This document shows positions 37,701 to 47,181 of a DNA stretch of 64,000 bases, piece after piece. The DNA comes from Bryobacterales bacterium (GTDB lineage: Bacteria; Acidobacteriota; Terriglobia; Bryobacterales; Bryobacteraceae). Below the pieces are notes generated by a model. That model saw only the letters and a list, made by a program, of their open reading frames with translations, made no database searches and was not told where the DNA came from. Every line of letters begins with the position of its first letter. The first letter of the stretch is position 1. Both the position numbers and the translations under genes were made by a program. The DNA lies in NCBI GenBank assembly GCA_963836425.1, contig CAWIJJ010000007.1:178851-242850 (forward strand), read 5' to 3'.

Positions 37701-39352
37701 CGCCGGGACTGGCAGATGCGTTTCTGGAACCGGTGGCGCACCCCCGGCACGAGCTGATCCGGCGGTATGCGCGCACGCACGGGCCGTTTCCGAGCAGTGA
37801 GCCCGCGGCGCGTTTCGGGTTGCGCGCGGAGGATGTGGAAGCGGTGCTGAAGGCGCTGCACGCCGCCGGGAAGCTGCTTGAAGGCGAGTTCCGGCCGGAC
37901 GGCATTCACCGGGAGTGGTGCGACCCGGACGTGCTCCAGCAGATTCGCCGCAAGACGCTGGCGCGGCTGCGGCGCGAGGTGGAGCCGGCCGCGCAGCGCG
38001 CCTTCGCCCGAATGTTGACGCGCTGGCAGGGAGTGACGACGCCGCGTCGCGGTGTGGATGCGCTGCTCGACGCGATCGAACTGCTGCAAGGGGCGGCGCT
38101 GCTGGTTTCCGAGCTGGAGCGCGAGATCCTGCCGGCGCGGGTGGCCGGGTACACGCCGGCCGACCTGGACGTGCTGCTGGCGTCGGGGGAAGTGGTGTGG
38201 GTGGGGAAGGAAGCGAGCGGCGAGCGGGATGGGCGCATCGCGCTGTACCTGGCGGAATCGCTGGCGCGATTGCGTCCGCCGCCAGCGGCGCCGGAGGCGG
38301 ATGCCGCGCCGCTATCGGAGCGGGCGCGCGCGATCGAAGAATACCTGGGGCAGATGGGCGCGTCGTTCTTCGCGGCGCTGCACCAGGCTGCGGGCGGCGG
38401 GTATCCGGGGGAAACGGTGGACGCGTTGTGGGAACTGGTGTGGGCGGGCCGGATCACCAACGACACGTTTCATCCGGTGCGCAACCTGCTGCGTCCGGCG
38501 CGGGCCGAGCGGCCGCGGGGCACGGCGCGCGACGGCCCGCCGGGCTCGCCCGAATTTCTGCGGCGGCTGCGGGCGCGCACGGGACACAGCAATGCCGGGG
38601 AGGGCCGGTGGTCGCTGGTGGCGCAGCGCGCGGGCGGCGCGGTGACGGCGACGGAGTGGAGCGCGGCGGCGGCGCAGCAACTGCTGGTGCGGTACGGGAT
38701 CGTGATGCGGGAAACGGCGCTGGCGGAGAACGTCCCGGGCGGCTATCCGGCGGTGTATCCGGCGCTGCGGACGATGGAGGAGAGCGGCTGGATCCGGCGG
38801 GGGATGTTCGTGGCGGGGCTGGGCGCGGCGCAATTCGCGATGACCGCGGCGGTGGACATGCTTCGCGCGATGCGCGCGGATCCGGAGCGGCCGGAGGCGG
38901 TCCACCTGGCCGCGTCCGACCCGGCCAATCCGTACGGCACGCTGCTCGGGTGGCCGCGCGCGGAAAGCGAATCGCACTCGATGGCGAGGGCCGCGGGCGC
39001 GTCGGTGATCCTGGTGAACGGGGAACTGGCCGCGTTCCTGCGGCGGCGCAATCCGGCCATCCGCGTGTTCCTGCCGGAGAACGAGCCGGAACGAAGCCGT
39101 GCGGCCAGGGAACTGGCGCGCAAGCTGGCGGAAGTGGCGGCGAAGCGGCAGGCGGTGCGCAGCGGATTGATGGTGGCGTCGATCAACGACGAGCCGGCGC
39201 GCGATCATTTGCTGGGACGGTACCTTGAAGAGGCCGGCTTCGTGGACACGGTCTACGGGTTCCAGATGCGGCGCGGGCTGCCGGTGGTGGGTGGTTTGGA
39301 ACCGGATCCGGAAGACGACTCCGAGGAAGAGACGGAGCCGGAGACCGCCTGA
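34765..39352 (+). pseudogene. lhr: ATP-dependent helicase Lhr (~1,529 codons), with one apparent +1 frameshift
   Basis: Motif I ILAPTGTGKT, DEIH box VVIDEIH, motif VI QRVGRGSHR. A long Lhr-specific C-terminal region follows. Track ORFs 34765..37323 and 37211..39352 join at about 37,195-37,205: ...ECLSDVFDLA | AEVLRGIEHGRVRVTTHDSQKPSPFASALLFGYIANYIYDGDAPLAERR. Confidence 0.85.
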
Positions 39353-39353
39353 G

Positions 39354-40157
39354 GTGCCGGAAGGCGACACAATCTTCCGCGCCGCGCGCACGCTGCACCG
39401 GGCGCTTGCGGGCGACGTGGTTACACGCTTCGAGACGGTGCTGCCGCTGCTGGCGCGGGTGGACCAGGACGCGCCGCTGGCCGGGCGGACGGTGGAAGCG
39501 GTGGCGGCGCACGGCAAGTGGATCGAGATGCGTTTTTCCGGCGGGCTGATTCTGCTGACCCACATGCTGATGAGCGGAAGCTGGCACATTTATCGCCCGG
39601 GCGAGCGGTGGCAGCGGGCGCGGTATCACATGCGCATCGTGATCGAAACGGCGCGGATGACGGCGGTGGCGTTCAACGTACCGGTGGCCGAGTTTCACAC
39701 GGAGGAATCGCTGGGCCGTCGCAAGGGCTTCAAGGACCTGGGTCCGGATCTGCTGGGGGAGGGCTTCGACGGGGAGGCGGCGATGGCGAATCTGCGGGCG
39801 CGGCCGGAGCTGGAAGTGGGGCCGGCGCTGCTGCGGCAGTCGCTGCTGGCGGGGATTGGGAACGTGTTCAAGTCGGAGATCTGCTTTGCGGCGGGGGTGA
39901 ATCCGTTTCGGAAGATGGGGTCGCTCAGCGAGGCGGAACTGGCGGCGCTGGTGCAGCACGCGCGGGAAATGTTGGCGGCGAACGTGGTAGCGGATAGCGG
40001 CCATTTCCGGCAGACGCGGCGGCGGGCGCAGCCGTTCGAGCGGCTTTGGGTTTACGGGAGGGACGGGCAGGCGTGCCGGCGCTGCGGGACGCGGATCGAG
40101 GTGCGGAAACAGGGGGAGGATGCGCGGGTGACGTTCTGGTGTCCGGCGTGCCAGTAG
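39354..40157 (+). CDS. nei: Fpg/Nei-family DNA glycosylase / AP lyase (endonuclease VIII-like)
   Basis: A GTG start gives (M)PEGDTIFRAA, i.e. the catalytic Pro2-Glu3. H2TH region LLRQSLLAGIGNVFKSEICF. C-terminal zinc finger CRRCGTRIE...FWCPACQ. It starts 1 nt after the lhr stop. Confidence 0.9.
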   Translation: MPEGDTIFRAARTLHRALAGDVVTRFETVLPLLARVDQDAPLAGRTVEAVAAHGKWIEMRFSGGLILLTHMLMSGSWHIYRPGERWQRARYHMRIVIETARMTAVAFNVPVAEFHTEESLGRRKGFKDLGPDLLGEGFDGEAAMANLRARPELEVGPALLRQSLLAGIGNVFKSEICFAAGVNPFRKMGSLSEAELAALVQHAREMLAANVVADSGHFRQTRRRAQPFERLWVYGRDGQACRRCGTRIEVRKQGEDARVTFWCPACQ

Positions 40158-40216
40158 GGCAGGCGGCGCGCACCGAACGTGCCCGGGATGTTTCTGCAAC
40201 CGCTGCCGGGCGGGAC

Positions 40217-40643
40217 CGGTTTGACATCGATGCCCGTGTTGGCGATTCGCCGGGCACCGCGCAGCAGATACGAGAACGTCTCAAAGCTCTGCTGGCCGAG
40301 CGATTCCAATTAGTAACTCACACCGAGAGTAAAGAGCAGAGCGTGTACGTGTTGGTTGTGGCGAAGAATGGGCCTTTGTTGCGTGAGGCGAAACCGGATG
40401 CGAGCCCCATGATCCGCAAACGTGGGGCATCATCGTTGGAGAAGCCGAACTCGAGCCGGCACCAGCGTCAGGGCTCCACTCCAGATGAATGCTGCCCGCA
40501 GCGACGTTCCCACCGCACCTGATCCCGGCGGCCCCACTTTGTTTTCCGCGTTGCAGGAGCAACTCGGGCTGCGTCTCGAAGCCCAGAAGGCGCCGGCGGA
40601 AATACTCGTCATCGATCATGTTGCGCGACCGTCGGGGAACTAG
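40217..40643 (+). pseudogene. 5'-truncated, frameshifted remnant of a TIGR03435-family (Acidobacteria-expanded, Solibacter-type) protein
   Basis: RFDIDARVGDSPGTAQQIRERLKALLAERFQLVTHTESKEQSVYVLVVAKNGPLLREAKP lies in one frame. The family-typical C-terminus LFSALQEQLGLRLEAQKAPAEILVIDHVARPSGN lies in the +1 frame. The N-terminal ~100 residues and signal peptide are missing. Confidence 0.7.
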
Positions 40644-40673
40644 CGCTGATGCACAAGGTGCTAAGATTCGGCT

Positions 40674-42152
40674 GTGAAAGTAGTGGTTTGGCTGTTCTGC
40701 GCCGGCGCACTTGCCGCGCAGACGGTCACGGTGACAGGCAGCGTCACGAACGCGATCACGCATGAGCCGCTCGGGGCGGTTTCGGTGGGCCTGTTCTCCA
40801 GCGGCTCGTTGCTCGGTGCGAACAGCGAGGGTTCGGGCAGGTTTCGCATCCCGAACGTGAAGGCCGGACTATACCGGGTGGTTGCGTCGCGGGTAGGGTT
40901 CGAAATGGCGGAAAGGGAGCTCCGCATCGAAGAGGGCGGCGACCCGCCGGCTTTCGAACTGGCGATGAGGCCCTGGCCGGGGCTGCGGGGGCGGGTCCTC
41001 GACGCGGAGCGGCAGCCGGCGGCGCGGGTGCGGGTGCGGGCGAACGACCCGGAGAACGCTTCAGGTGTGGTCTACGAAGTCACAACGGATGCGGAGGGCC
41101 GTTTCGCTTTCGAGCGCATGCGGCCGGGGCAGTATCTTTTAGTGGCCTTGCCGCCGGCGGGCGGGAACGAGGCGCGGCCGACGGAAGTCGCGCCGACCTG
41201 GTTCCCCGGCATGACGGACCGGCGCGACGCGCCGGCGGTGCCGGTTGCGGCGGGCGACGACCTTTCCGGCTTCGAGATCGTCCTGCGCGCGGTGCCGGTC
41301 TTCCACCTCTCCGGGAGGGTGGTGGACGAGCGCGGAGACCCGGCGGCCGGGGCGACGGTGGAGACCGGCCTGGCGGCGCGCAAAGCTACGGTGCGCGAGG
41401 ACGGCACCTTCGACCTGGAGCGGGTGCGGCCGGGCGAGGGGACTCTGCGGGCCGTGTGGCATCGCGGCGAGGTGGAATTGCGCGGATTCGCGACTGTGGC
41501 GGTGGGCGGACACGATGTGGAGGACCTTGCGGTGCGGGTGGCGCCGCCGGTTGCCGTCTCGGGCGAGATCGAACTCAACGGGCAGCCGGGACACGAATGC
41601 GAGGGCAAGGCGATTTTGGCGCCAGTGGACGGACTGGGAGAGAGGGCCGATGCCGAATTCAGCGGGAGCGGCATCCGGTTCGAGCGCGTCTATCCGGGGC
41701 GATACCGGCTGATCGTGGAGCCGGGATGGAAGTGGGGGCGGCACTACCTGGACTCGGTGCGGCTGGGCGAACGGGACATCACGCTGGATGAACTCGCGGT
41801 CGTACCCGGAATGACGCCGTTTCGGGTGGCGCTGAGAACGGGCGGTGGACGCGTGCGGGGTACGGTGGAGAACGGGGCCGAGGGGCTTGTGGTGCTGATG
41901 CCCCAGGAGGAACGGCTGCGGTTCCGGCCATTTATCGTGGTTTCAGCCATCGAGGGCGGGACTTTCGCTCTCGATAACGTACGGCCGGGAGACTACTACG
42001 CATTCGCGTTGCGAGGCAGCTTCAATTCCGACGAGATGCACAATCCCGCGTACGCGCGGGCTTTCCTTGAAGGCGCGAAGACATTACGGCTGGAGCGAGA
42101 CGGCACCGCAGTAGCGACCCTGGTGTATGTGAAGGCGGGCTCCTCTCAATAA
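40674..42152 (+). CDS. secreted carboxypeptidase-regulatory-like (CarboxypepD_reg) repeat protein
   Basis: Signal peptide (GTG start) MKVVVWLFCAGALAAQ. Repeated units of the type VTGSVTNAITHEPLGAVSV...GRFRIPNVKAGLYRV and GRVLDAERQPAARVRV...DAEGRFAFERMRPGQYLL. Confidence 0.75.
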   Translation: MKVVVWLFCAGALAAQTVTVTGSVTNAITHEPLGAVSVGLFSSGSLLGANSEGSGRFRIPNVKAGLYRVVASRVGFEMAERELRIEEGGDPPAFELAMRPWPGLRGRVLDAERQPAARVRVRANDPENASGVVYEVTTDAEGRFAFERMRPGQYLLVALPPAGGNEARPTEVAPTWFPGMTDRRDAPAVPVAAGDDLSGFEIVLRAVPVFHLSGRVVDERGDPAAGATVETGLAARKATVREDGTFDLERVRPGEGTLRAVWHRGEVELRGFATVAVGGHDVEDLAVRVAPPVAVSGEIELNGQPGHECEGKAILAPVDGLGERADAEFSGSGIRFERVYPGRYRLIVEPGWKWGRHYLDSVRLGERDITLDELAVVPGMTPFRVALRTGGGRVRGTVENGAEGLVVLMPQEERLRFRPFIVVSAIEGGTFALDNVRPGDYYAFALRGSFNSDEMHNPAYARAFLEGAKTLRLERDGTAVATLVYVKAGSSQ

Positions 42153-42239
42153 CCCGGGGGACGTCACCTGGCTAAGTACATAACTTCTGAAACAGTGAAG
42201 TAAGTGAAACCTGTGCTTAGGTGCAGGATGGCGGGACAG

Positions 42240-42737
42240 TTACAGCGCCTTCAGAGTCAGCCGGCGGACGCCCTCCAGGGTGATGCCATAGACGAGGTGT
42301 GCGGCGAGGGCCTGAGCATGTTGCCACAGGGGTGTTTGCGCGGGCTTTTTCGCCAGGCCGAGCGCGGGAACAGCGACTTCATCGCCGAGGGCCCAGGCGG
42401 CTGCCCCATAGGCGCTCCCAAATCCCGCCCTGGTGGCTTCGTTCTTTTGCGCCAGGCCACCGTACAGCGCGCCAATTCCGGCGCCGTAGGCGTAGTGCAC
42501 CAGAGGCCCGGCCGATTCCTTTTCCTTTGCCGAGAGTTCATGACCCAGTTCGGACGAGACTCTCTCCGCTGTCTTGACGGTGGCATCCTCTCCCTGACCT
42601 TCGTGCGGATCGGTACGGCCTGAAGCGCGGGTTATCAGGGACTGAAACCGTGTCATAATCCACGACGCGGCCAGGCCGCCGATGGCACCTGCGATGACGC
42701 CTTTGTAGACTTTGGGTTGACGATTTCGGAAGTACAT
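42240..42737 (-). CDS. hypothetical membrane protein (Gly/Ala-rich helices)
   Basis: 165-aa ORF with helices GVIAGAIGGLAASWIM, PLVHYAYGAGIGALYGGL, FGSAYGAAAWALG, ALAAHLVYGITL. Family not confidently recognised. Confidence 0.5.
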   Translation of the reverse strand: MYFRNRQPKVYKGVIAGAIGGLAASWIMTRFQSLITRASGRTDPHEGQGEDATVKTAERVSSELGHELSAKEKESAGPLVHYAYGAGIGALYGGLAQKNEATRAGFGSAYGAAAWALGDEVAVPALGLAKKPAQTPLWQHAQALAAHLVYGITLEGVRRLTLKAL

Positions 42738-42826
42738 ACGGTGAATATCGGCAACGGAGTGGCCAGTGTGCGATCGGCTGCAATCGCGGCTTCGACAATG
42801 GATATTATCGAGATGGAGGCCCGAGC

Positions 42827-43279
42827 ATGAACAAGATCACACCGTTTCTGTGGTTCAACGACAACGCCGAAGAAGCTGCGGAGTTTTATCTCTCGGTATT
42901 TCCGGAAGCGAGGAAGGTGGGCGAGCTGCGTTCGAGCGGCGTGGGGCCCTGGCCTGCCGGAAAGATCGCGACCATCACCATCGAACTTATGGGCCAGCAA
43001 ATGACGTTCCTCAACGGCGGTCCGGGGCAGGCGCTCACGCCGGCGTTTTCGTACTCCGTTGCGTGCAAGGACCAGGCCGAGATAGACCGCTACTGGGACA
43101 AGCTGCTCGAGGGTGGCAAGCCCATGGCATGCGGCTGGCTGACGGACAAGTTCGGGTTGTGCTGGCAGATCGTGCCGGTGGAGATTGGCGAGATCCTGAA
43201 GCATCCCAAAGCGATGGCCGCGATGATGGGCATGGTGAAGTTCGATATCGCCACGCTGAGAGCCGCGGCGAAGGAGTAA
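42827..43279 (+). CDS. VOC/glyoxalase-superfamily protein, PhnB-like (3-demethylubiquinone-9 3-methyltransferase domain)
   Basis: MNKITPFLWFNDNAEEAAEFYLSVFP...ITIELMGQQMTFLNGGP...DQAEIDRYWDKL...CGWLTDKFGLCWQIVP is characteristic of this family end to end. Confidence 0.85.
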   Translation: MNKITPFLWFNDNAEEAAEFYLSVFPEARKVGELRSSGVGPWPAGKIATITIELMGQQMTFLNGGPGQALTPAFSYSVACKDQAEIDRYWDKLLEGGKPMACGWLTDKFGLCWQIVPVEIGEILKHPKAMAAMMGMVKFDIATLRAAAKE

Positions 43280-43494
43280 GGGCGAGGGCGTTTCGGGCAA
43301 CCGCTCCGTACTGCCGTCGCGGCTTTGAGACTTTTGACGCGGAGGCAGGACGGAGATTCGCCGCCGATAGACGCCGCGCGGCTGGTGAGGCTATGATATT
43401 ATCCGCCATACCCGGAGCCGCGCGCTGACACGCACGCGGCCCGGCGGACCGTGTTACGGCCTGGTGCGAGGAATCTTCCAGAAGGAGGTCGCTG

Positions 43495-44220
43495 ATGTCC
43501 CTGAGTAAGAGAGCGACCGCGGAGTTCGTCGGTACGTTTTGGCTTGTGTTCGGGGGCTGTGGCAGTGCGGTTCTCGCTGCTGCATTTCCAGGTTTGGGCA
43601 TCGGCTTCCTGGGTGTGGCTTTCGCGTTCGGTTTGACCGTTCTCACGATGGCGTACGCCATCGGCCACATTTCCGGTTGCCATCTGAATCCGGCCGTTTC
43701 TATCGGCCTGGTGGTGGGAAAGCGTTTTTCGGTTTCAGACCTGTGGGCATATATCGTCGCGCAAGTGGCGGGCGCAATTGTCGCCGCGGGCGCGCTCTAT
43801 GTAATCGCGAGCGGCAAGGCGGGATTCGATCTGGCGGGCGGATTCGCGTCCAACGGATATGGCGCGCATTCGCCGGGCGAGTACTCGCTGGTCGCGTGCC
43901 TGGTGGCCGAGGTAGTGCTGACGTTCATGTTCCTTATGATCATCCTGGGCGCAACCGACCGTCGCGCGCCGCAGGGGTTCGCGCCTATTGCGATCGGTTT
44001 GGGTTTGACGCTGATTCACCTTATCAGCATTCCGATCACGAATACATCGGTGAATCCGGCACGCAGCACGGGACCGGCATTATTCGTTGGCGGCTGGGCA
44101 TTGCAGCAGCTCTGGCTGTTCTGGCTGGCGCCGATTGCAGGCGGCGCACTGGCGGGCGTCATTTACCCGGCAGCGTTTGCGGAGCCGGAGCCTGACAAGA
44201 GGGCGGCCGCGGCTCGCTGA
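43495..44220 (+). CDS. aqpZ: aquaporin Z
   Basis: [21 protein letters not shown]. Both NPA boxes are present ([10 protein letters not shown] and NTSVNPARS). AGGAGG lies upstream of the ATG. Confidence 0.95.
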   Translation: MSLSKRATAEFVGTFWLVFGGCGSAVLAAAFPGLGIGFLGVAFAFGLTVLTMAYAIGHISGCHLNPAVSIGLVVGKRFSVSDLWAYIVAQVAGAIVAAGALYVIASGKAGFDLAGGFASNGYGAHSPGEYSLVACLVAEVVLTFMFLMIILGATDRRAPQGFAPIAIGLGLTLIHLISIPITNTSVNPARSTGPALFVGGWALQQLWLFWLAPIAGGALAGVIYPAAFAEPEPDKRAAAAR

Positions 44221-44223
44221 GAT

Positions 44224-45579
44224 TCAAAGCTTTTTGGCGAGGCGGTAGATGAATTCGCAACCCTGGTAGAAGGAGTCCACGCGGAGGCGTTCGTCTTTGC
44301 CGTGCATGCGGACGTCGCCTTCGTCGATGAACATGCCGGTGTTGCCGTAGGTTGGGATGCCGGCGGCGCGCAGGGGGCGGCCGTCGGTGCCGCCGGTTTC
44401 AAGGACGGGGATGAGGGTCACTCCGGGCCAGACCTGGCGGGCGGCGGCTTCGATGGCGCCGATGACATCGGGACGGAGCGGGGAAGCGGGGCTGGCGGGC
44501 GCGGGGCGGGCGGGGGTGACGGCGACCTGCGGGTCGGCGACGACGCGGCGGATGGCGGCCTCGACCTCGGCGGGATTGTCGCCGGGGAGCAGGCGGCAGT
44601 TTACGGCGGCGTGGGCGGATTGGGGCAGGGCGTTCTCGGCGTGGCCGCCGGTGATCTGGGTAGCGATGCAGGTGGTGCGCAGGATGGCGTTGTAAAAGGG
44701 CGAGGCGCTGAGGCGGCGCACGGCCGCGGCACCGGCGCCGGATGCGACGGCACGCATATCGGCCGCGACCTGGCCGGATTCGAGGGCGGCGCGCTTCGAG
44801 AAATAAGCGCGCGTGGTTTCGATCAGGCGGGCGGGAAAGTCGTAAGCAGCGATCCTGGTGAGGGCGGCGGAGAGGCGGTAGATGGCGTTGTCCTTTTCAG
44901 GCAGGGAACTGTGGCCGCCCTTGTTTTTCACATCGAGAAAGAGGGTGTGGTAGAGCTTTTCGCTGGTGACGACTTCGAGGGTGAGGGGCTTGCCGTTGCG
45001 CAGGGTGCCGCCGCCGGAATCGACGTTGATGCAGAATTCCGAATCGATCAGGTCGCGGCGATTGCGGAGCAGCCAGTCGACGCCGTTGGCGATGCCGCTT
45101 TCTTCGCCGGCGGTGAGGGCGAGGATGAGGTCGCGGGAGGGGCGGTAGTTCTCCTTCTTGAGGCGGATGAAGGCGGCGGCGAGGGCGGCGGCGGCATCCT
45201 TGTCGTCCTGGGTGCCGCGGCCGTAGAAGAAGCCGTCGCGCTCGAGGAAGGTGAACGGGTCGAAGCTCCAGTCTTCGCGCCGGGCTTCGACGACGTCGAG
45301 GTGCGCATTGAAGAGGACGGGTTTGGCGGAGCCGGCGCCGTGGAGGCGGACCACAAGGTTGTGATGTTTATCGTCGGCGCCGGCGACGACTACGTCGCTT
45401 TGGGCGTAGCCGGCGGCGAGCATGCGTGCGGCGAGTTTGCGGGAGACGCTGGTGATGTCGGCGCCGGGATCGACGGTGCGGGCTTCAACCAGCTCTCGAA
45501 AGATCTCGCGCGCGAGCGGCCGGTTTTCCTGCCCGGCCAAAGGAAGCGCGAGCAGGAGAAACAGCGCGGCGGTTCGCAT
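44224..45579 (-). CDS. secreted M20/M25/M40-family metallopeptidase
   Basis: Signal peptide MRTAALFLLLALPLAGQ. Metal-binding blocks FNAHLDVV, GRGTQDDK, LTAGEESG. Confidence 0.8.
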   Translation of the reverse strand: MRTAALFLLLALPLAGQENRPLAREIFRELVEARTVDPGADITSVSRKLAARMLAAGYAQSDVVVAGADDKHHNLVVRLHGAGSAKPVLFNAHLDVVEARREDWSFDPFTFLERDGFFYGRGTQDDKDAAAALAAAFIRLKKENYRPSRDLILALTAGEESGIANGVDWLLRNRRDLIDSEFCINVDSGGGTLRNGKPLTLEVVTSEKLYHTLFLDVKNKGGHSSLPEKDNAIYRLSAALTRIAAYDFPARLIETTRAYFSKRAALESGQVAADMRAVASGAGAAAVRRLSASPFYNAILRTTCIATQITGGHAENALPQSAHAAVNCRLLPGDNPAEVEAAIRRVVADPQVAVTPARPAPASPASPLRPDVIGAIEAAARQVWPGVTLIPVLETGGTDGRPLRAAGIPTYGNTGMFIDEGDVRMHGKDERLRVDSFYQGCEFIYRLAKKL

Positions 45580-45582
45580 GGG

Positions 45583-46215
45583 TCAGAACCAATAGCTTAC
45601 ACCTATGGTTGGGGTGAACTGCTGGAAGAGGCCGCGGTCGGTGGCGCCCTCGGCTGGGGTGAAGACGGTGCGGGGGAAGGGCGAGATGTAGTCGTGGAAA
45701 TCGGCGCGCAGGAGCATATGGTCGAGCAGGCGGTATTTTACGCCGAAGCCGAGGCTGGTGACGAACTTCCACTGGTTCTGGCGCATGAGCGTGGCGAACT
45801 GGTCGAGGGGCTGATCGGCGGGCTCGGGTCCGGTGGTGCGGTAGAATTTGCCGCCCGCGCCCACGGCGACGTAGGGGCGGAGGCGGTGGGTGGGATCGTA
45901 GACGTGCACCAGCAGATCGTAGACGAGGGTGTGGGACTGGCCCTGGATCTGCACCTTCTGGCTGCCGGCTGACAGAAAAGGATCGCCGTCCTGGTAAAGG
46001 TAGCGGATTTCACCGGCGAGATGTTCGTGAAGATCCTCACCGACGACGACGCCGGCAACGAAGCGGTTGCCGATGCCGGCGGTGGCCTGCGCGCCGGCTC
46101 CGTTGACCCGCACATTGCGGTTCCAACCGTATCCGATGACCCCGCCGAACTCCCATTGGCCTTGCGCGTAGCAGGCGGCCAAACAGACGAATCCCACCAG
46201 AAGTTTGTACCTCAT
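45583..46215 (-). CDS. outer-membrane beta-barrel protein (OmpA-N/OmpW-like small barrel)
   Basis: Signal peptide MRYKLLVGFVCLAACYAQ. Alternating-hydrophobicity strands. Terminal aromatic signature ...IGVSYWF. Start moved to the ATG at 46215. Confidence 0.75.
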   Translation of the reverse strand: MRYKLLVGFVCLAACYAQGQWEFGGVIGYGWNRNVRVNGAGAQATAGIGNRFVAGVVVGEDLHEHLAGEIRYLYQDGDPFLSAGSQKVQIQGQSHTLVYDLLVHVYDPTHRLRPYVAVGAGGKFYRTTGPEPADQPLDQFATLMRQNQWKFVTSLGFGVKYRLLDHMLLRADFHDYISPFPRTVFTPAEGATDRGLFQQFTPTIGVSYWF

Positions 46216-46257
46216 GCTTGCAGTAGACACTACTTTCGGGGGATGCCGCAATCCGGG

Positions 46258-47157
46258 TCAGGCGGGCTCGGGGTGAACCGTAACATCGGCGCGGGGGACG
46301 GACTGCTGGATGGCGGTTTCGATGGTTTCGGTCAACTCGTGGGCTTGGGCGAGGGTTTGATTACCGTCCACGAGAACGTGGAGGTCGATGAAGAGGACGG
46401 CGCCGGAGTAGCGGGTGCGGACGCTATGGCAGTTCTGCACGCCGGGGACGGCTTCGACGATCTGCACGATTTCGCGCTCCATGCCTGGAGGCGCGGTGTC
46501 GAGCAGCGCTTCCACGGTCCGGCGGCCGAGCTGGAGGCTGACCCAGACGACGACTGCCGAGACGCCGAGGGCGGCGACGGCGTCGGCATTGCGGAGCAAA
46601 GAGAGGGACGGGAACCACTCGCCGGTTTTGACGGCGAACAGGCCGAGGATGACGACGGCGGAACTCCAGATATCGGTTTCAAAGTGCAAGGCGTCGGCCT
46701 CGAGGGCCTGGCTGTGATAGCGTTTGGCGACGCGGGCGAGCACGCGGGAGCGGGAGATGTCGATGGCGATGGAGGTGAACATCACCGCGAAAGACCAGAG
46801 AGTGACTTCGACGTGCTGGTCGTGGAACATGAGGCGATGGATCGCCTCCCAGACGATCCAGCCGCAAGTGACCAGCAGGAGCAGGGTTTCGATCATGGCG
46901 GAGAGGTTCTCGACCTTGCCGTGGCCGTAATTGTGGCTGCTGTCCGGGGGCCGGCCGGCGATGCGGATGGCGATCCAGGTGACGCCGGCGGCCACCAGGT
47001 CGAGGCCGGAGTGCGCGGCTTCGGCGAGGATTCCGAGACTGCCGGTGGCAATACCGACGACGAACTTGAATGCCGTGAGCCCGATGGCGGCGAGCAGGGA
47101 GGTCAGCGCGGCTGATCGCTTCTCGCGCTCCTCAGTCAGCGATGGTGAATGCGTCAC
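46258..47157 (-). CDS. cation diffusion facilitator (CDF) family transporter
   Basis: GSLGILAEAAHSGLDLVAAG (TM2 HxxxD site), HNYGHGKVENL, and a second site HFETDIWSS. A C-terminal cytoplasmic domain follows. Confidence 0.85.
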   Translation of the reverse strand: MTHSPSLTEEREKRSAALTSLLAAIGLTAFKFVVGIATGSLGILAEAAHSGLDLVAAGVTWIAIRIAGRPPDSSHNYGHGKVENLSAMIETLLLLVTCGWIVWEAIHRLMFHDQHVEVTLWSFAVMFTSIAIDISRSRVLARVAKRYHSQALEADALHFETDIWSSAVVILGLFAVKTGEWFPSLSLLRNADAVAALGVSAVVVWVSLQLGRRTVEALLDTAPPGMEREIVQIVEAVPGVQNCHSVRTRYSGAVLFIDLHVLVDGNQTLAQAHELTETIETAIQQSVPRADVTVHPEPA

Positions 47158-47181
47158 CCGCCATCAGGCTAACACGGACCG

